NCBI RefSeq assembly: GCF_009914755.1 | Contig: NC_060929.1 | Length of the DNA stretch: 64,000 nt | Reading direction: 5' to 3' (one strand) | Origin: the human T2T-CHM13v2.0 reference genome, Homo sapiens | In this document: positions 1 through 12,520 of the stretch, piece by piece | How positions within the stretch are numbered: position 1 is the stretch's first letter | Layout: each line of letters opens with the position of its first letter | Made by a program: the position numbers and the translations under genes | The notes under the pieces: generated by a model | Database searches by the model: none | What the model saw: only the letters and a program-made list of their open reading frames with translations | What the model was told of the DNA's origin: nothing

Positions 1-1151
1 ATTTACAGGCTTGGGCCAGATATTTCTTCACATATTCAAGTATCTTTCAGCCACAGGATAGGAAGTGAATTTAAAGGTAGGAACATGAAAACTAATTCCA
101 GGCTTGGGTCAGGTCTCCTCACCTCTTTCTCACCACAAGACAGGTCATCTGTGAGGTGTTTCAGTGATGGGGACATTTGCCTGAAAGTGCGGGTTTTGGT
201 GTTCTGTAAATTCACAGTGACAAGCTGTGTGAGCTTTTCTGCATGGAGGGCGTATTTTTGTGGGTATTGGTGTGATAGAAGCTGGGATGGGGTAAAGCTG
301 AGGATCGGAGTAGTCGTTTAAGGATCCTAACAGCTGGGGTGCTGACCTAGAATCAAACTATGACCTTGACAATTATGTCACTCCACTGGAAGGATTCCTT
401 CTGGAAGGAAGGGCCCTCCCCATGGAGTCTGTCCAGTTTCCGGCTGGACGACCTCTTTGACCTCTTTGCAAAAACAGAGATCACCAGTCCTTCATGGTGA
501 GAACAGACACAGTGCAGCTACACAATGCCCTAGGGAAAACTGAGTCAGTGTGAGGAAAAACGTGAGTACACTGAGTGGGAAATAAATGGAATGAAGAGGG
601 GAAAGAACTAAACACCTGTTGGAAGAAATGGAAGGTCTCCATTTTCCCTAATTGAAGCTCCTACCCTGTGATCTTCATGACTCTATTGGGGCCCTGACAG
701 ATTTCCTTCAGAGATACCCTCAGCTCCTGCAACACAGGTGGGACCTGCAGCTTTCCCGAGGGTACAGGGTTTCTGGGGCTTGTCCTGGACTCTTACTGAG
801 CCCCGCTGAAGCCAAAATGACACCTAATGTTTTCTCATCTCCATCTACGGACACTGGAACAAAGGCATTGAAGGGCTAAATGTAGCAGCTGCTGACAAAT
901 ATGATTTCAAAAAAGTAAAAGCCATCGAAGAAAGAGGTTTCTTGAGAGGCCCCCATGATTGGTGTGGTGAAAAGCCTTCCTGGAGGCTTCTGATTTGCCC
1001 CTGCCAGCCCTGGGGGGCAAGAGAGGGAGTGCCATGGCTCTTCCTGGCTCCTGTCCAATACCTTTGCCCTGCCTGAGCTTCTGAACCATTGGTCTAGAAG
1101 GGAAATGCTAGCCCTAATAGCTGAGCTTGTTTCTATTTCTTTTCTCTAAAG

Positions 1152-1399
1152 CCCCCCAACGTGGTCTAGTTTGTGTAAAGAAGAGACCGTCTCCTGAGTT
1201 TGAGACCCTGTCTGAGTCCCTCGTCATGTTTTCCATCACAGCCACACATAAAGATCAACACTTCAAAGCAAACCAGAGAAGGATGTGGGGGAATAGTCAA
1301 AGCCCATTCCCAATGGGAAAGCCTCAGGGCAGATTGCACAGAGAGAGACCCATGCAGGCGGTGCTCGGGAAAGGCTGAGAGGCTGCATCCGGACCATGG
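1152..1399 (+). other. Candidate spliced exon, probably non-coding (alternative acceptor at 1241 would give 1242-1399)
   Basis: Long polypyrimidine tract TTTCTATTTCTTTTCTCTAAAG ends at 1151. Donor TGG|GTGAGT at 1399/1400. No recognisable protein product. Confidence 0.3.
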
Positions 1400-1569
1400 G
1401 TGAGTTCACTGGTGGTCCAGAGGTACTCCAGGCAAGGGGCATCTCATGGGGAAAAGCACTGAGGGAGGAAGTAAGGCAGCACTTTCTGGAAGAGCCAGGA
1501 AGTGGGCCATACTGAACTGGGTAGAATTTCCTCACTAGACATGATTGCTCCAGGAGCCAGCAAACATTT

Positions 1570-1690
1570 ATTTGAGTTCCTCCTCTGCCACTTACTCGCT
1601 CTGAGAACTTGATCCAGTGACCTAACAACCTGAGTCTGTTTCTTCATCTGTGAAATGCTGGTATTGATTGTGGAAACCTCAAAATGTTAT
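1570..1690 (+). mobile_element. MIR SINE fragment
   Basis: MIR core-like sequence 'ctctgccacttact...ctgtttcttcatctgtgaaatg'. Confidence 0.7.
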
Positions 1691-2078
1691 TCTTAAATCC
1701 CGTTCAAATGTAACCCCCAATTATTTTTCACATGGAGGATAAATAAAAATAGGTACCTAATATACCAAAATAATAGTATTCGGGAGGGATTTCAACACAT
1801 GGAGACAGGAGACAAGAAAAACAAAGTTTATTTACTTCAGTTATGATGTTGTGAGGCTAGCAAAAATATACAGAAAGGGATATATATAATAGATGTGACA
1901 AAGACCAGATGGTAACTTATTTCCAAGTGCTGTATTTCCTGGAAAGCTATATTTTCTCAGGAGGAATTAGAATACAGAATGAAAGGCTTGGTATTAGAAA
2001 GCCTGTTAATCTTTCTTGCTTCAATATTTCTTATGTTACCAAACTTAGCAATTCTTTCATTCATCCATTTAATTTTTT

Positions 2079-2368
2079 GTTTGTTTGTTTGTTTTGTTTT
2101 TTGGGACGGAGTTTCACTCTTGTTGCCCAGGCTGGAGTGCAATGGCACGATCTCAGTTCACTGCAAAGCGATTCTCCTGCCTCAGCCTCCCAAGTAGCTG
2201 GGATTACAAGCATGCACCACCACACCCGGCTAATTTTTTTGTATTTTTAGTAGAGACAGGGTTTCTCTGTGTTAATCAGGCTTGTCTCGAACTCCCAAAC
2301 TCAAGTGATCTGCCCACCTCGGCCTCCCAAAGTGCTGGGATTACAGGCATGAGCCACCGCGCCCAGTC
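2079..2368 (-). mobile_element. AluS (Sp/Sq-like) with a ~19-bp deletion in the right arm
   Basis: Antisense Alu with 'gagtttcactcttgttgcccagg' and a (GTTT)n tail. 14-bp TSD CCATTTAATTTTTT at 2065-2078 and 2369-2382. Confidence 0.93.
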
Positions 2369-2404
2369 CCATTTAATTTTTTTTTAGTTTCTCCTCATAT
2401 ATCC

Positions 2405-2620
2405 TTTTGCTCAACACCTGGCAACCACCAATGTGTGTTCTATCTGTATACATTTATCTATTTTGGATATTTAATATAAATGGAATTATATAATATGTAA
2501 CCTTTTGTCTAGCTTTTCCCACTTAGCATGTTTTCCGTGTCCATCCTTGTTGTACCGTGGATCACTGCTTCATTCTTTAGTATGACTGAATACTGCTTTG
2601 TTGCATGGATACACATACAT
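2405..2620 (-). mobile_element. L1MB-type 3' fragment
   Basis: 'cctggcaaccacca...ataaatggaattatataatatgtaacctttt...cacttagcatg' matches the antisense old L1 3' region. Confidence 0.7.
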
Positions 2621-2664
2621 GTATATACATTTATGTTTTTACTTTTACATAATGTAATACACAC

Positions 2665-2952
2665 AGCTCAACTCAAAAGTTTCCTAATCTGAGTGGCCTT
2701 CCCTGACCACCCTCTCTTAAACAGGGCATCACTTGTCACTGTCTAGCCTAACTATTTTGCTTTATTTTTCCTTATAGTACAAGGTACTAATAAAGAGATG
2801 ATATATTTTAAAATATTTTAAAATTTATTTTCCCTCTTCCCCTACTAAACTTTGAGCTCTTCAAGGGAATGGACTTTCCCTGAATTTGTTCACTATTACA
2901 TCCTTTGTGCCCAGTTGCTGGCAAATAATAGAAGCTCAATAGATATTCCTTG
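2665..2952 (+). mobile_element. L2 3' end
   Basis: 'ccttccctgaccacc...tttgttcact...gctcaatagatatt' is typical of an L2a terminus. Confidence 0.7.
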
Positions 2953-3809
2953 ATTTCCATGGTTTTGGGAGATCCAACTTTATCACGGGTCTTGGCTAAG
3001 TACTGGTAACTTAAACATTCAAAATGTGTGTCAATAAATTAGGGTTTATGTAAGTTAGCTATTTGTTTCTCCTTGATAAAATTGCCTGCAATTAATGTCT
3101 TTAACAATGCTTTTTGGTATCTCCTCATTTCTGTACAAGATAAAATAATTTTTAAAATTATTATTAATAATGTGAACATCACAGCCCGGGTCAAGTATTT
3201 TCCTCTCCTTTTCTGAGTTGGTGAATATAAACCGCGTGCTTGCTTATACATTTTTCCACTCCCTTGACCTTTGTTTCGCTTGTATAATTTTATTGTGCTT
3301 CTTTGTAGTGTGTCTGAGTATCGTCTGAAATTGGTTTCTTCAGTTTTGCTCGGTTTTCAGACAGAATAAATGATTTTATCTTCATGATTTCTATGGCTTC
3401 CTTCTTTTTTCTTTCCCTTTCCGTCTCATTCCATCTACATATGTTTGCTAGAACTGCATGCCATCTATATGATTTATGCAATGCAGTATAATGATATTAC
3501 TTTCCATGATACTATGTATGGCAAGATTTTGAGTGCCTTCTGAATCATCAGTGCATGATATTCTAACAAAATTTTGAAAAGTTATAATCTAAGAGAGTAG
3601 GTATGGTAATCCATAACTAAAATTAGAGGACCAGACTCCATTGTCATGTTGGATAATAGAATTTGAAGTATGCAAGTTTATTTTTCTTTCCGCTTTTCTA
3701 TAAACAGTCATTTTGATTCTATTGCTGACATATGACCAAATAACTTAATTAACACCTAATGTGGAACTTAGGACAGTGTGTAGAATAACAAAAGTTAGTT
3801 TCTTATTAG

Positions 3810-4040
3810 TGATGATAGTAATGATAATTATAGCTAAAGTTATCATGCTAGTACCATCTCAAGTGCTTTAATAATAACTTTCTGATTTCATTCTTACAAC
3901 AATTCTGTGAACCAGATATCATCCTATACCTCATTTTAAATATGAAGAAATGAAATACTCCCAGAAATTTAAAAAAATTTGAAGATCATATGACTAGAAA
4001 GGGGTGAAACTAGAACTTGAAACCAGATGAGTGTGACACT
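3810..4040 (-). mobile_element. MIR SINE
   Basis: 'cttacaacaattctgtga...cattttaaatatgaagaaatgaa' matches the antisense MIR core. Confidence 0.65.
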
Positions 4041-4044
4041 AACA

Positions 4045-4800
4045 CCTGTACTCCTAACAATTGTTAACATTTTGCCACATTTACTTTATCTGCTCTTTTA
4101 TTTATCTGTGCTGAACCGTTTGCACGTATGTTGCAGACATCAAACCATTTTGCCCCTAAATATTGTAGTATACATAATCCAAAAATATACACATTCTCAT
4201 ACATCTAAGAAAACTAGCAGTGATTCTCTAATGTTATTGAGATACAGTCCATATTTAAATTTTCTCTTTAGTTTCATTTAATCTGGAATGGTTCCTATAC
4301 TTTTCTTCTTCTTTTAAATGATACTGACTTGTGAAGAGAGCTGGGCAGCCGTCATGCAAGTCTCCATTCTGTATTGTCTCACCGTGTTCCCGTGGTGTGA
4401 ACTTGTTTTTCTTCAACCTGTCTTAATAGTAAACTGGAAGATAAATCTGAAGGCTTAGTTAGATCATGGCCACAATTTTTGGGGAGAATACTTCACAGGT
4501 GATATTATGTACCTCATGTTGCCCTCATCAGAAGACACTTAGATTGTCTCACTATTAGTGATGCTTGCTTTGGTCATTTGGTTAAAGTAGTGACCACTAT
4601 ATTTCACATTTGTTAAAGCCCATTTTGTTTTACTTTATTTTTTAATTAACAAATTATCTGTAGGATGATACTTTGGCAAAATGGAAATATTCTGTTCCCC
4701 GGCAATGTTTCACCTGGTGAGCTTGATGAACCTTATCTGAATCAATTTATATTAGAGCTGCAAAATTATGATTTCATATTTCATTCCTTACACGCATACT
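4045..4800 (-). mobile_element. L1MC4/5-like 3' UTR fragment
   Basis: 'aacattttgccacatt...ctgaacc...gttgcagacat...cccctaaata' is characteristic of L1MC 3' ends. Confidence 0.6.
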
Positions 4801-4801
4801 A

Positions 4802-4877
4802 TTAGGGAGGTGCAAAAGTAATTGCGGTTACATTACTATTCATGGCAGAAACCGGAATTACATTTGTACCAACCAGG
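4802..4877. mobile_element. MADE1 (Hsmar1-derived MITE)
   Basis: ~76-bp palindrome 'ttagggaggtgcaaaagtaattgcgg...ccggaattacatttgtaccaacc', flanked by TA. Confidence 0.85.
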
Positions 4878-5385
4878 TAGCTTGTATTCTTCTGTTCTCT
4901 GAGCCTCTGGAAGCCATAAAAGACAAAGCTTAATTTCCCTTCTTTCAGCAAAGGCCTTCGGGGCAAAAATGAGCATTAGTGTTCTGCTTATCTGTCTGAG
5001 CTACTTTTTTTCAGTTTTTCCCTGAATGTTCCTTACTTTCTTGAAAAATAATTAGTAAAGATATTTTTATATTTCATCTAGAATGTATAGGGTAAATGTA
5101 AATGTATTCTTTTAGCTATGATTCTATTTATCTTTATTTTCTTAGATTGGGCAAGTTTTCTTTTTTACTTTTCCTTCCTCTCGCCTGTTTGAATGTTGCA
5201 TATTCAATATATTTAAAAAATTTAACATGTATATTTGCCATAAATCTAAAGTTAATTTACTTCTCTTCCTTCCTCTGAAGAATATAAAGATGAATACCTT
5301 TACCTGTTAATTGTTTTATAGTATTCTAATTTTACCTTATTTTTTTCTTCTCATTGAAAACTACTCCTAGCATTATCTTATATAG

Positions 5386-6065
<680 letters not shown>

Positions 6066-6149
6066 TATATTCAATGCTTCTTTAGACTTAGCAATTCATA
6101 CACTGCTTTCATTTCTCACTGCTCCTTCCTGTTACTCCTTCCTTCCTTC

Positions 6150-7420
6150 TGAGATTAATTTCTTCCATGAAGTATATCTGTTGGTAGTTCTTATAACAAA
6201 TGTCCTCTCTCTGTCTCATTTATTCTTAACTAAAATTTCTTTTATATTATTTCTCACACTGGAATAATAGCTTAGTTAGGTAGTGATTCCATAATTACTT
6301 TTAATGCCTTAATTTTATTCCAGGGTATTGTAGACTCCATTTTTGCTACTTAAAAATATTAAAGGTACAATTGTTTTTTTTTTTAAGGTAACCTGTTTCA
6401 TTTTCTTGGCTACTTTTAAAACCGATTCTTTCTCATTATATTCACTATATCCAGGTATGGGTTTTATTTTACTTGTCTTCCGATTCTTTCTCTGTGTTTC
6501 CTGAGTTTGAGGACTCTTGTGGTAATCTTCAATACATCACCTCCCCCCAGTTTTGGGTTCTCTTCTTTAGTGTTTTCTATCAAAGATACCTTAGTCCTTC
6601 TCATTATATCCTCAGTGTCTTTTGGCTTCTCTTGCAAGTGTCCGATCTATTTATGCGTGCTCACTCCCGGATAATTTCTTCACATATACAGTTTGCTAAA
6701 CCTCTCTTCAGTGATTTTGTCTTTCTACATGTTTTACTTGATTATTTCTCAATTTTCAATCTTTTAATAATTTTTTTGATATGTCCTTTTTATTGGAAGT
6801 CCTCAGCTTCCATTGATATTAATATAATCATTTCAAGCGTGCTTCATCCGATAGCTTTATTGTCTGAAGTTCTGTGTGCTGGGTCTGCTGGCTTTCTTCA
6901 CGGTCTGTTGTTTCCTCGAGTATTCTGCAGCTTTGTGTTTTGTGGGCTTTTCTTTAGAAGTCCTTTATCTGTGATAATTTATATTCAAAGGAGGTTTGCA
7001 CTTGCTACTGTCAAATCCTATAATGATTATCACTGCCCTTTTAATGTTATTTTTTAAAATTCAGAAGTGTCCACATTGAGCAAGTAGTTTAAACCTGAAT
7101 CCCAGGTCTATAAATTCATAGCAACGACTTTTTTTTTCAATCATAGTCCAACCTTAAGTTTTCTTCTCATCTGCTTGTACCAGTTGTTATATGTTTACTC
7201 ATTTAATAGCCTTTTACTGATTTAATAATCACTCAAGTGTCCTGCCTTCATCTAAAAACTTGTGTGTTGGTTTGATTTTATTTTGGTGAAGTCCAATTTA
7301 TCAATTATTTTTATGGAGTGTTCTGTGTTCTTTATAAGAAATCTTTGCATATCTCAAGGTTATGAAGATATTTTCTGTATTTTCTTCTAGGAGTTTTATA
7401 CTTTTAGTTTCTATATTCTC
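6150..7420 (-). mobile_element. Degenerate old L1M/HAL1-like fragments
   Basis: T-rich sequence resembling antisense LINE; 7275-7415 resembles L1M ORF2 ('gaagtccaatttatcaatt...aagaaatctttgc'). Confidence 0.4.
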
Positions 7421-7894
7421 TTCTGTAATCTCAGGACCTTTAAATCCTAAGCCCTTTGGTTATGAGAACAATAATACTCCAAACAGCTTCTATAGAATCA
7501 TTTCCTAAACCAGGGCCTCTAGTTTCCAGTTTTCTTTTAGTTTTTGTTCCTTAGGAGACCCAAAGGCATACACAAAATAAATACATATGGGTATGATTTT
7601 AAATGACTGTTTGTTATATTTTTTCTAGGATTTTTATTTGGTAGCAGGATGGCTGGCAATCAACTATACTATACAAAGAAAAGTCCATGGTGGTTGTTAC
7701 ACAAATCCCACATTGAATGGGCTACCTCGCAAAAATCAAGTTCACAGTAAAAAGAAATGTACACAAAAGGGCAAACAGCCACTTCGTTGGGAATATATAG
7801 AGGGTTGAGCAGGATAACTTCAGTGCCAAGATTTTTTCACAGAAATCTTACTATAAAGTAAGATTATAAAATTCAGGTAAAGAATACATGAAGT

Positions 7895-8092
7895 TACTGG
7901 TATGCTGTCAAACAAATAAAATCCCTAAAGCCCTATGTGTAGTGCTTGCTAATTTCCATAGTGTCAAAACTCCTGCAAATGACTGACTTCAAATTCAAAC
8001 TATCAATGGTTTACCAACTAACTCACAAAATTTCTGAAAATTTAATCATGGGTTCTTGCAAGCTAATATAAGCCAGCTCCCACACATCACTG
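7895..8092. mobile_element. MER63-type hAT-Blackjack DNA transposon
   Basis: 'aaagccct...gtagtgcttgctaatttccatagtgt...agccagctcccacacatcactg'. Confidence 0.65.
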
Positions 8093-8224
8093 TATTTCAT
8101 GCATATTCCTGGATACTTTTTGTGGTATTTGTAGTACTTTGGTTCTAGTTCTCTATGTACTAGTTTGCTTTTTTCCTGATAAAGGAAAAAGAAATTCTAA
8201 GTTTGAATTTCAGACTATGCTTCA

Positions 8225-8488
8225 AAATATAGACAAGCAATTTTTTTTTCTGTAAAATACAAATAAGATATTTTAGGTTTTGCTGGCTACATACAGGATC
8301 TGTTGCCCATGTCCCCTACTTTCTCTCCCTTCCTTCTTCTCTTCCTCCATACCTCCTTTCTTTCTCCCTCCTTTCTCCTTCCTTCCTTCCCTCCCTCTTT
8401 CCTTTTTCAACCCTTTAAAAATGTATACATCATTCCATAGCAGGCCCCCAGCTGAATTTGATCCAGGACTGTAGTTTGCTGACTTCTG
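8225..8488. mobile_element. MER58B-like hAT-Charlie element with an internal CT-rich tract
   Basis: 'ttctgtaaa...atattttaggtttt' and terminal 'ctgtagtttgctgacttctg'. Confidence 0.65.
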
Positions 8489-8877
8489 CCTCTATTCTAG
8501 AAGCTTTGTGATTATTACTTCCCTCAAACTTTAGTTGAAATATCTTAATAAGATTATCATAGTGTATATTTTGTAGCTTCTGCTCCTATAATTATCAAAT
8601 CAAGAAGTTTTCTCTGGAATCCTGTGCTCAGACAGTCCATGCTGAATCTGATTCTTTGGAAATTATTTTTACTGTAAATGAATATATAAGTTAATCAAGG
8701 GAAAAGATTTTATTTCTAGAATTTTTCTTTCATTGTATCTTTGGGATACTTATTGTTTCCTTTTTTGGCATTTTGAAGGCTTTCCAAGCAAAGCAAAACA
8801 TTAGAGCATGTGGATTATTTTGCCCTTATCCAAATGCTTGAGGTTATTAATTTTTCTTTGTAAAAATGTTTTTACAG

Positions 8878-8910
8878 TCTTCCAAACAGGACTTAAGCTC
8901 ACTTCCAGTG
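8878..8910 (+). other. Candidate 33-nt micro-exon
   Basis: Acceptor TGTTTTTACAG ends at 8877; donor GTG|GTAAGT at 8911. Length is a multiple of 3 (phase 0 reads SSKQDLSSLPV). Confidence 0.35.
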
Positions 8911-10244
8911 GTAAGTAAGGCTTGAAACCCCATGGCTTAATGGCTTTATATTATTTTAAAGACTGTAGAAATTGATGGATTATCATCAAGAAAATGAAAA
9001 CAGTTTTCAGAAATACTTTGCTTAGAGAATTGAGCCTTTCAAAGCATCCCCCCTCCTCAAACACCAAGAATTATGTGGTTTAAGCTCCTATTATTTCTGC
9101 AAAGAGCTTAAAAGACTGGCTGACTAGCGTGAAAAAGCAATCGAACATTAATTGAACAGATTTGAAATAATTGAGTTCTACAATTGCTAAGAACATAATA
9201 AAGAATGTCATCAAAATTTCACCTGTAGATATGCCATCCCCAAAAATGCTTATGAAAATCATAGACTTTGATGTTAACAATGAAAATATATATGCTAAAA
9301 AATTCATTACGATACATCCCATAAAAATGAACCCTAGGCGTTTCTGCCTTATAGAAATACCTTCTGACAGGCTGCAGTTATTAGTTTACAGATTTGTGTA
9401 TCGTTGAACCAAAATTGATGAAAATATAGAGCACCGTAGATTGAATATAGAAAACTCCACTCCCTAAAAGAATTCAAAAATAAAAAAATGAGAGAAAAAG
9501 GGCAACTAGGAGAAAGAAAATGAAAAAGAAAAATGTTTTTCTTTTATCTATAAAGTGAGTCTAGGTGGCAGAATGGAGACAGTTGTCAGTATAAGCAACA
9601 AGAAATCAGAGTCTAGGCCTATTGTGTCTGTTCTTTGTGAATTTGATCAGGGCGCTAGCTAGAAATAAGTGTGCTAGGTCATTTTAACTCAGAAATGTAG
9701 TCCTCACAACTTTTCAGTAGGGAACTATTTGGTGTAAACCGTTGTTTGAATAGTTAAGAAATTACCTATTTTTTTAAATAAGCAAAAACTTTAAGCAACA
9801 AGTTAATACTCTTACAGATCTGACAATTACATTGAGTTTGGTTGTCTTTTACAAGCTCATTAAAACCTTTTGCTACTGCTTTGGTGAATGCTGAGAAATA
9901 AATACTTTTTTTCAAGGGTGATGATGATAATCCACGTAACATGTATGTTCTAAAACAAAAAGCGATTTCCATATCACTGATGGCTCCCTGCTAGAAGATT
10001 ATCTCTAGGTTACCACACATGGCTGATTAAATTCCATGGTATACTACTCCCCTTTGTGATACAAGAATGGGCTAGTTTGCTACTTAAAAACTATGGCAGA
10101 TAAGGAAAGTATTCATCCAGTTTTGCAGCAAATGTTTGATGGTTGCCTCCTTTGTTCCCCATTCTAGAGATAGAGCAGTAAATAAAACAAAGTTAGAAAA
10201 TTACCATTTGTCCATTGATGTGATGATAATTGATTCAGGCAAGA

Positions 10245-11612
10245 TTTTTTTTAATTATTATTATACTCTACGTTCTGGGATACATGTGCAGAACGTGCTG
10301 GTTTGTTACATAGGTATACACGTGCCATGGTGGTTTGCTACACCCATCAACCAGTCATCTACATTGGGTGTTTCTCCTAATGCTATCCCTCCCCTAGCCC
10401 CCACCCCCCAACAGGCCCCAGTGTGTGATGTTCCCCTCCCTGTGTCCATGTGTTCTCATTGTTCAGCTCCCACTTATTTGTGAGAACATGCGGCGTTTGG
10501 TTTTCTGTTCTTGTGTTAGTTTACTGAGAATGATGGTTTCCAGCTTCATCCATGTCCCTGCAAAGACATGATCTCATCCTTTTTTATGGCTTTTCTTTAT
10601 CCAATCTATCACTGATGGCTTTTCTTTATCCAATCTATCACTGATGGACATTTGGATTGGTTCCAAGTCTTTGCTATTGTGAACAGTGCTGCAGTAAACA
10701 TACGTGTGCGTGTGTCTTTATAGCAGCATGATTTATAGTCCTTTGGGTATATACCCAGTAATGGGATTGCTGGGTCAAACGGTATTTCTAGTTCTAGATC
10801 CCTGAGGAATTGCCACACTGTCTTCCGCAATGGTTGAACTAGTTTACAGTCCCACCAACAGTGTAAAAGTGTTCCTATTTCTCCACATCCTCTCCAGCAC
10901 CTGTTGTTTCCTCACTTTTTAATGATCGCCATTCTAACTGGTGTGAGATGATATCTCATTGTGGTTTTGATTTGCATTTCTCTGATGGCCAGCGATGATG
11001 AGCATTTTTTCATGTGTCTGTTGGTTGCATAAATGTCTTCTTTTGACAAGTGTCTGTTCATATCCTTTGTCCATTTTTTGATGGGGTTGTTTGTTTTTTT
11101 CTTGCAGATTTGTTTAAGTTCCTTGTAGATTCTAGATATTAGCCCTTTGTCAGATGGATAGATTGCAAACATTTTCTCCCATTCTGTAGGTTGCCTGTTC
11201 ACTCTGATGATAGTTCCCTTTGCTGTGCAGAAGCTCTTTACTTTCATTAGATCCCATTTGTCAATTTTGGCCTTTGTTGCCATTGCTTTTGGTATTTTGG
11301 TCATGAATTCTTTGCCCATGCCTATGTCCTGAATGGTATTGCCTAGGTTTTCTTCCAGGGTTTTTATGGTTTTAGGTCTTACATTGAAGTCTTTAATCCA
11401 TCTTGAGTTAATTTTTGTGTAAGGTGTAAGGAAGGGGTCCAGTTTCAGTTTTCTGCATATGGCTCGCCAGTTTTCCCAACAAGATTTATTAAATAGGGAA
11501 TCCATTCCCCATTTTTTGTTTTTGTCAGGTTTGTCAAAGATCAGATGGTTGTATATGTGTGGTGTTATTTCTGGGGCCTCTGTTATGTTCTATTGGTCTA
11601 TATATCTGTTTT
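10245..11612 (-). mobile_element. 5'-truncated L1PA6/7-like LINE-1
   Basis: Antisense L1 3'UTR plus ORF2 remnants (ORFs 10912..11505 and 10609..10830). Contains an internal deletion and a 29-bp tandem duplication. Confidence 0.95.
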
Positions 11613-11769
11613 AATACTTTATTTGGGAAGGAAGTATGCACATATAATTTAAATTTCAATGCAAATCAAAATATAGTCAGTGTTGAATGAAAGTTGCATG
11701 CATACATACCATAAAAATTTAGATAATCGAGTTAGACAAAGGAGTAAGAGCACATGAATAAATTGGAAA

Positions 11770-12520
11770 GTGACGTTCAACTGTGCTTAATGTGTAGAGT
11801 TAGATAAGTTACTTCTCTTTCCTGAGCTTCGCTTTGTCCGTTTTTGAAACTGAATCGTTACAATACATGCCTCATAGTTTAGTTTTTGCCCTCATCCATC
11901 TCCCAGAAATCCCTTTATAAGGATAAGGCCCATGTCAGCCTCTGTTAAACACTGTTTCCACATTATAGGCACTTGATAAATATATGTGGACTGAATGAAT
12001 GAAATGATTTTTGTGAATTTGATGTCTTCATAATGAGAATGAAAATTCTGATACAGTCAAGGCATTCTAAGCACAATTGGTAGATAATAAGAAGAATAGC
12101 TCTGTGTATTGAAAAGCTCATATTATTAGCATCACCAAATTCTGACACCATCTGTGGAAGGCTTGAAGAAAGGGTGACCCTTCTCAATGCAGAAGAGAGG
12201 AGTGAACAGGCAGAAAGAATGGTGTGAGCAAAGTTCCTAAGGGAATGTTGACATCTTGTTCTTGCATCAATATGTAGAAGAATTTGACTGAGAGGATTTA
12301 TCCCTTGTAGCAGTGGGAGTTAAAGTTAGACAGGTCTGTAGGGTAGACTTGTCACATCTCCAATTCTAGGAAAGAATATTGGAATCTATTTAGTGTCTAG
12401 TAAGGATGCGTTAAAGGATTTCAAGGAGGAGGTGGTATATCCTAAGCATTAGGAAGATTAATTTAATAATAATATAGTGAAGTTCTCAGAGGTAAGACAA
12501 CCAGCTAGGATATTATTAAA
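11770..12520. mobile_element. MIR (+), L2 3' end (+) and L2 (-) fragments
   Basis: 'aagttacttctctttcctgagct', 'taggcacttgataaatat...tgaatgaatgaa', then purine-rich L2-like sequence. Confidence 0.5.

Noticed and set aside
3039-3481. Two adjacent minus-strand ORFs
   Set aside because: Short, with no recognisable homology or exon structure.
6473-7057. 194-aa hydrophobic ORF
   Set aside because: It has a TTG start, and its F/L/S/I richness is explained by T-rich antisense old-LINE sequence; there is no domain or splice support.
9080-9407. Membrane-protein-like minus ORF and overlapping plus ORF
   Set aside because: No good acceptor, no recognisable family, and the composition is expected from AT-rich DNA.
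10912-11505. 197-aa ORF (and similar ORFs at 14498, 20054, 20669-21437 and 44878)
   Set aside because: These are L1 ORF2 remnants from truncated elements, not cellular genes.
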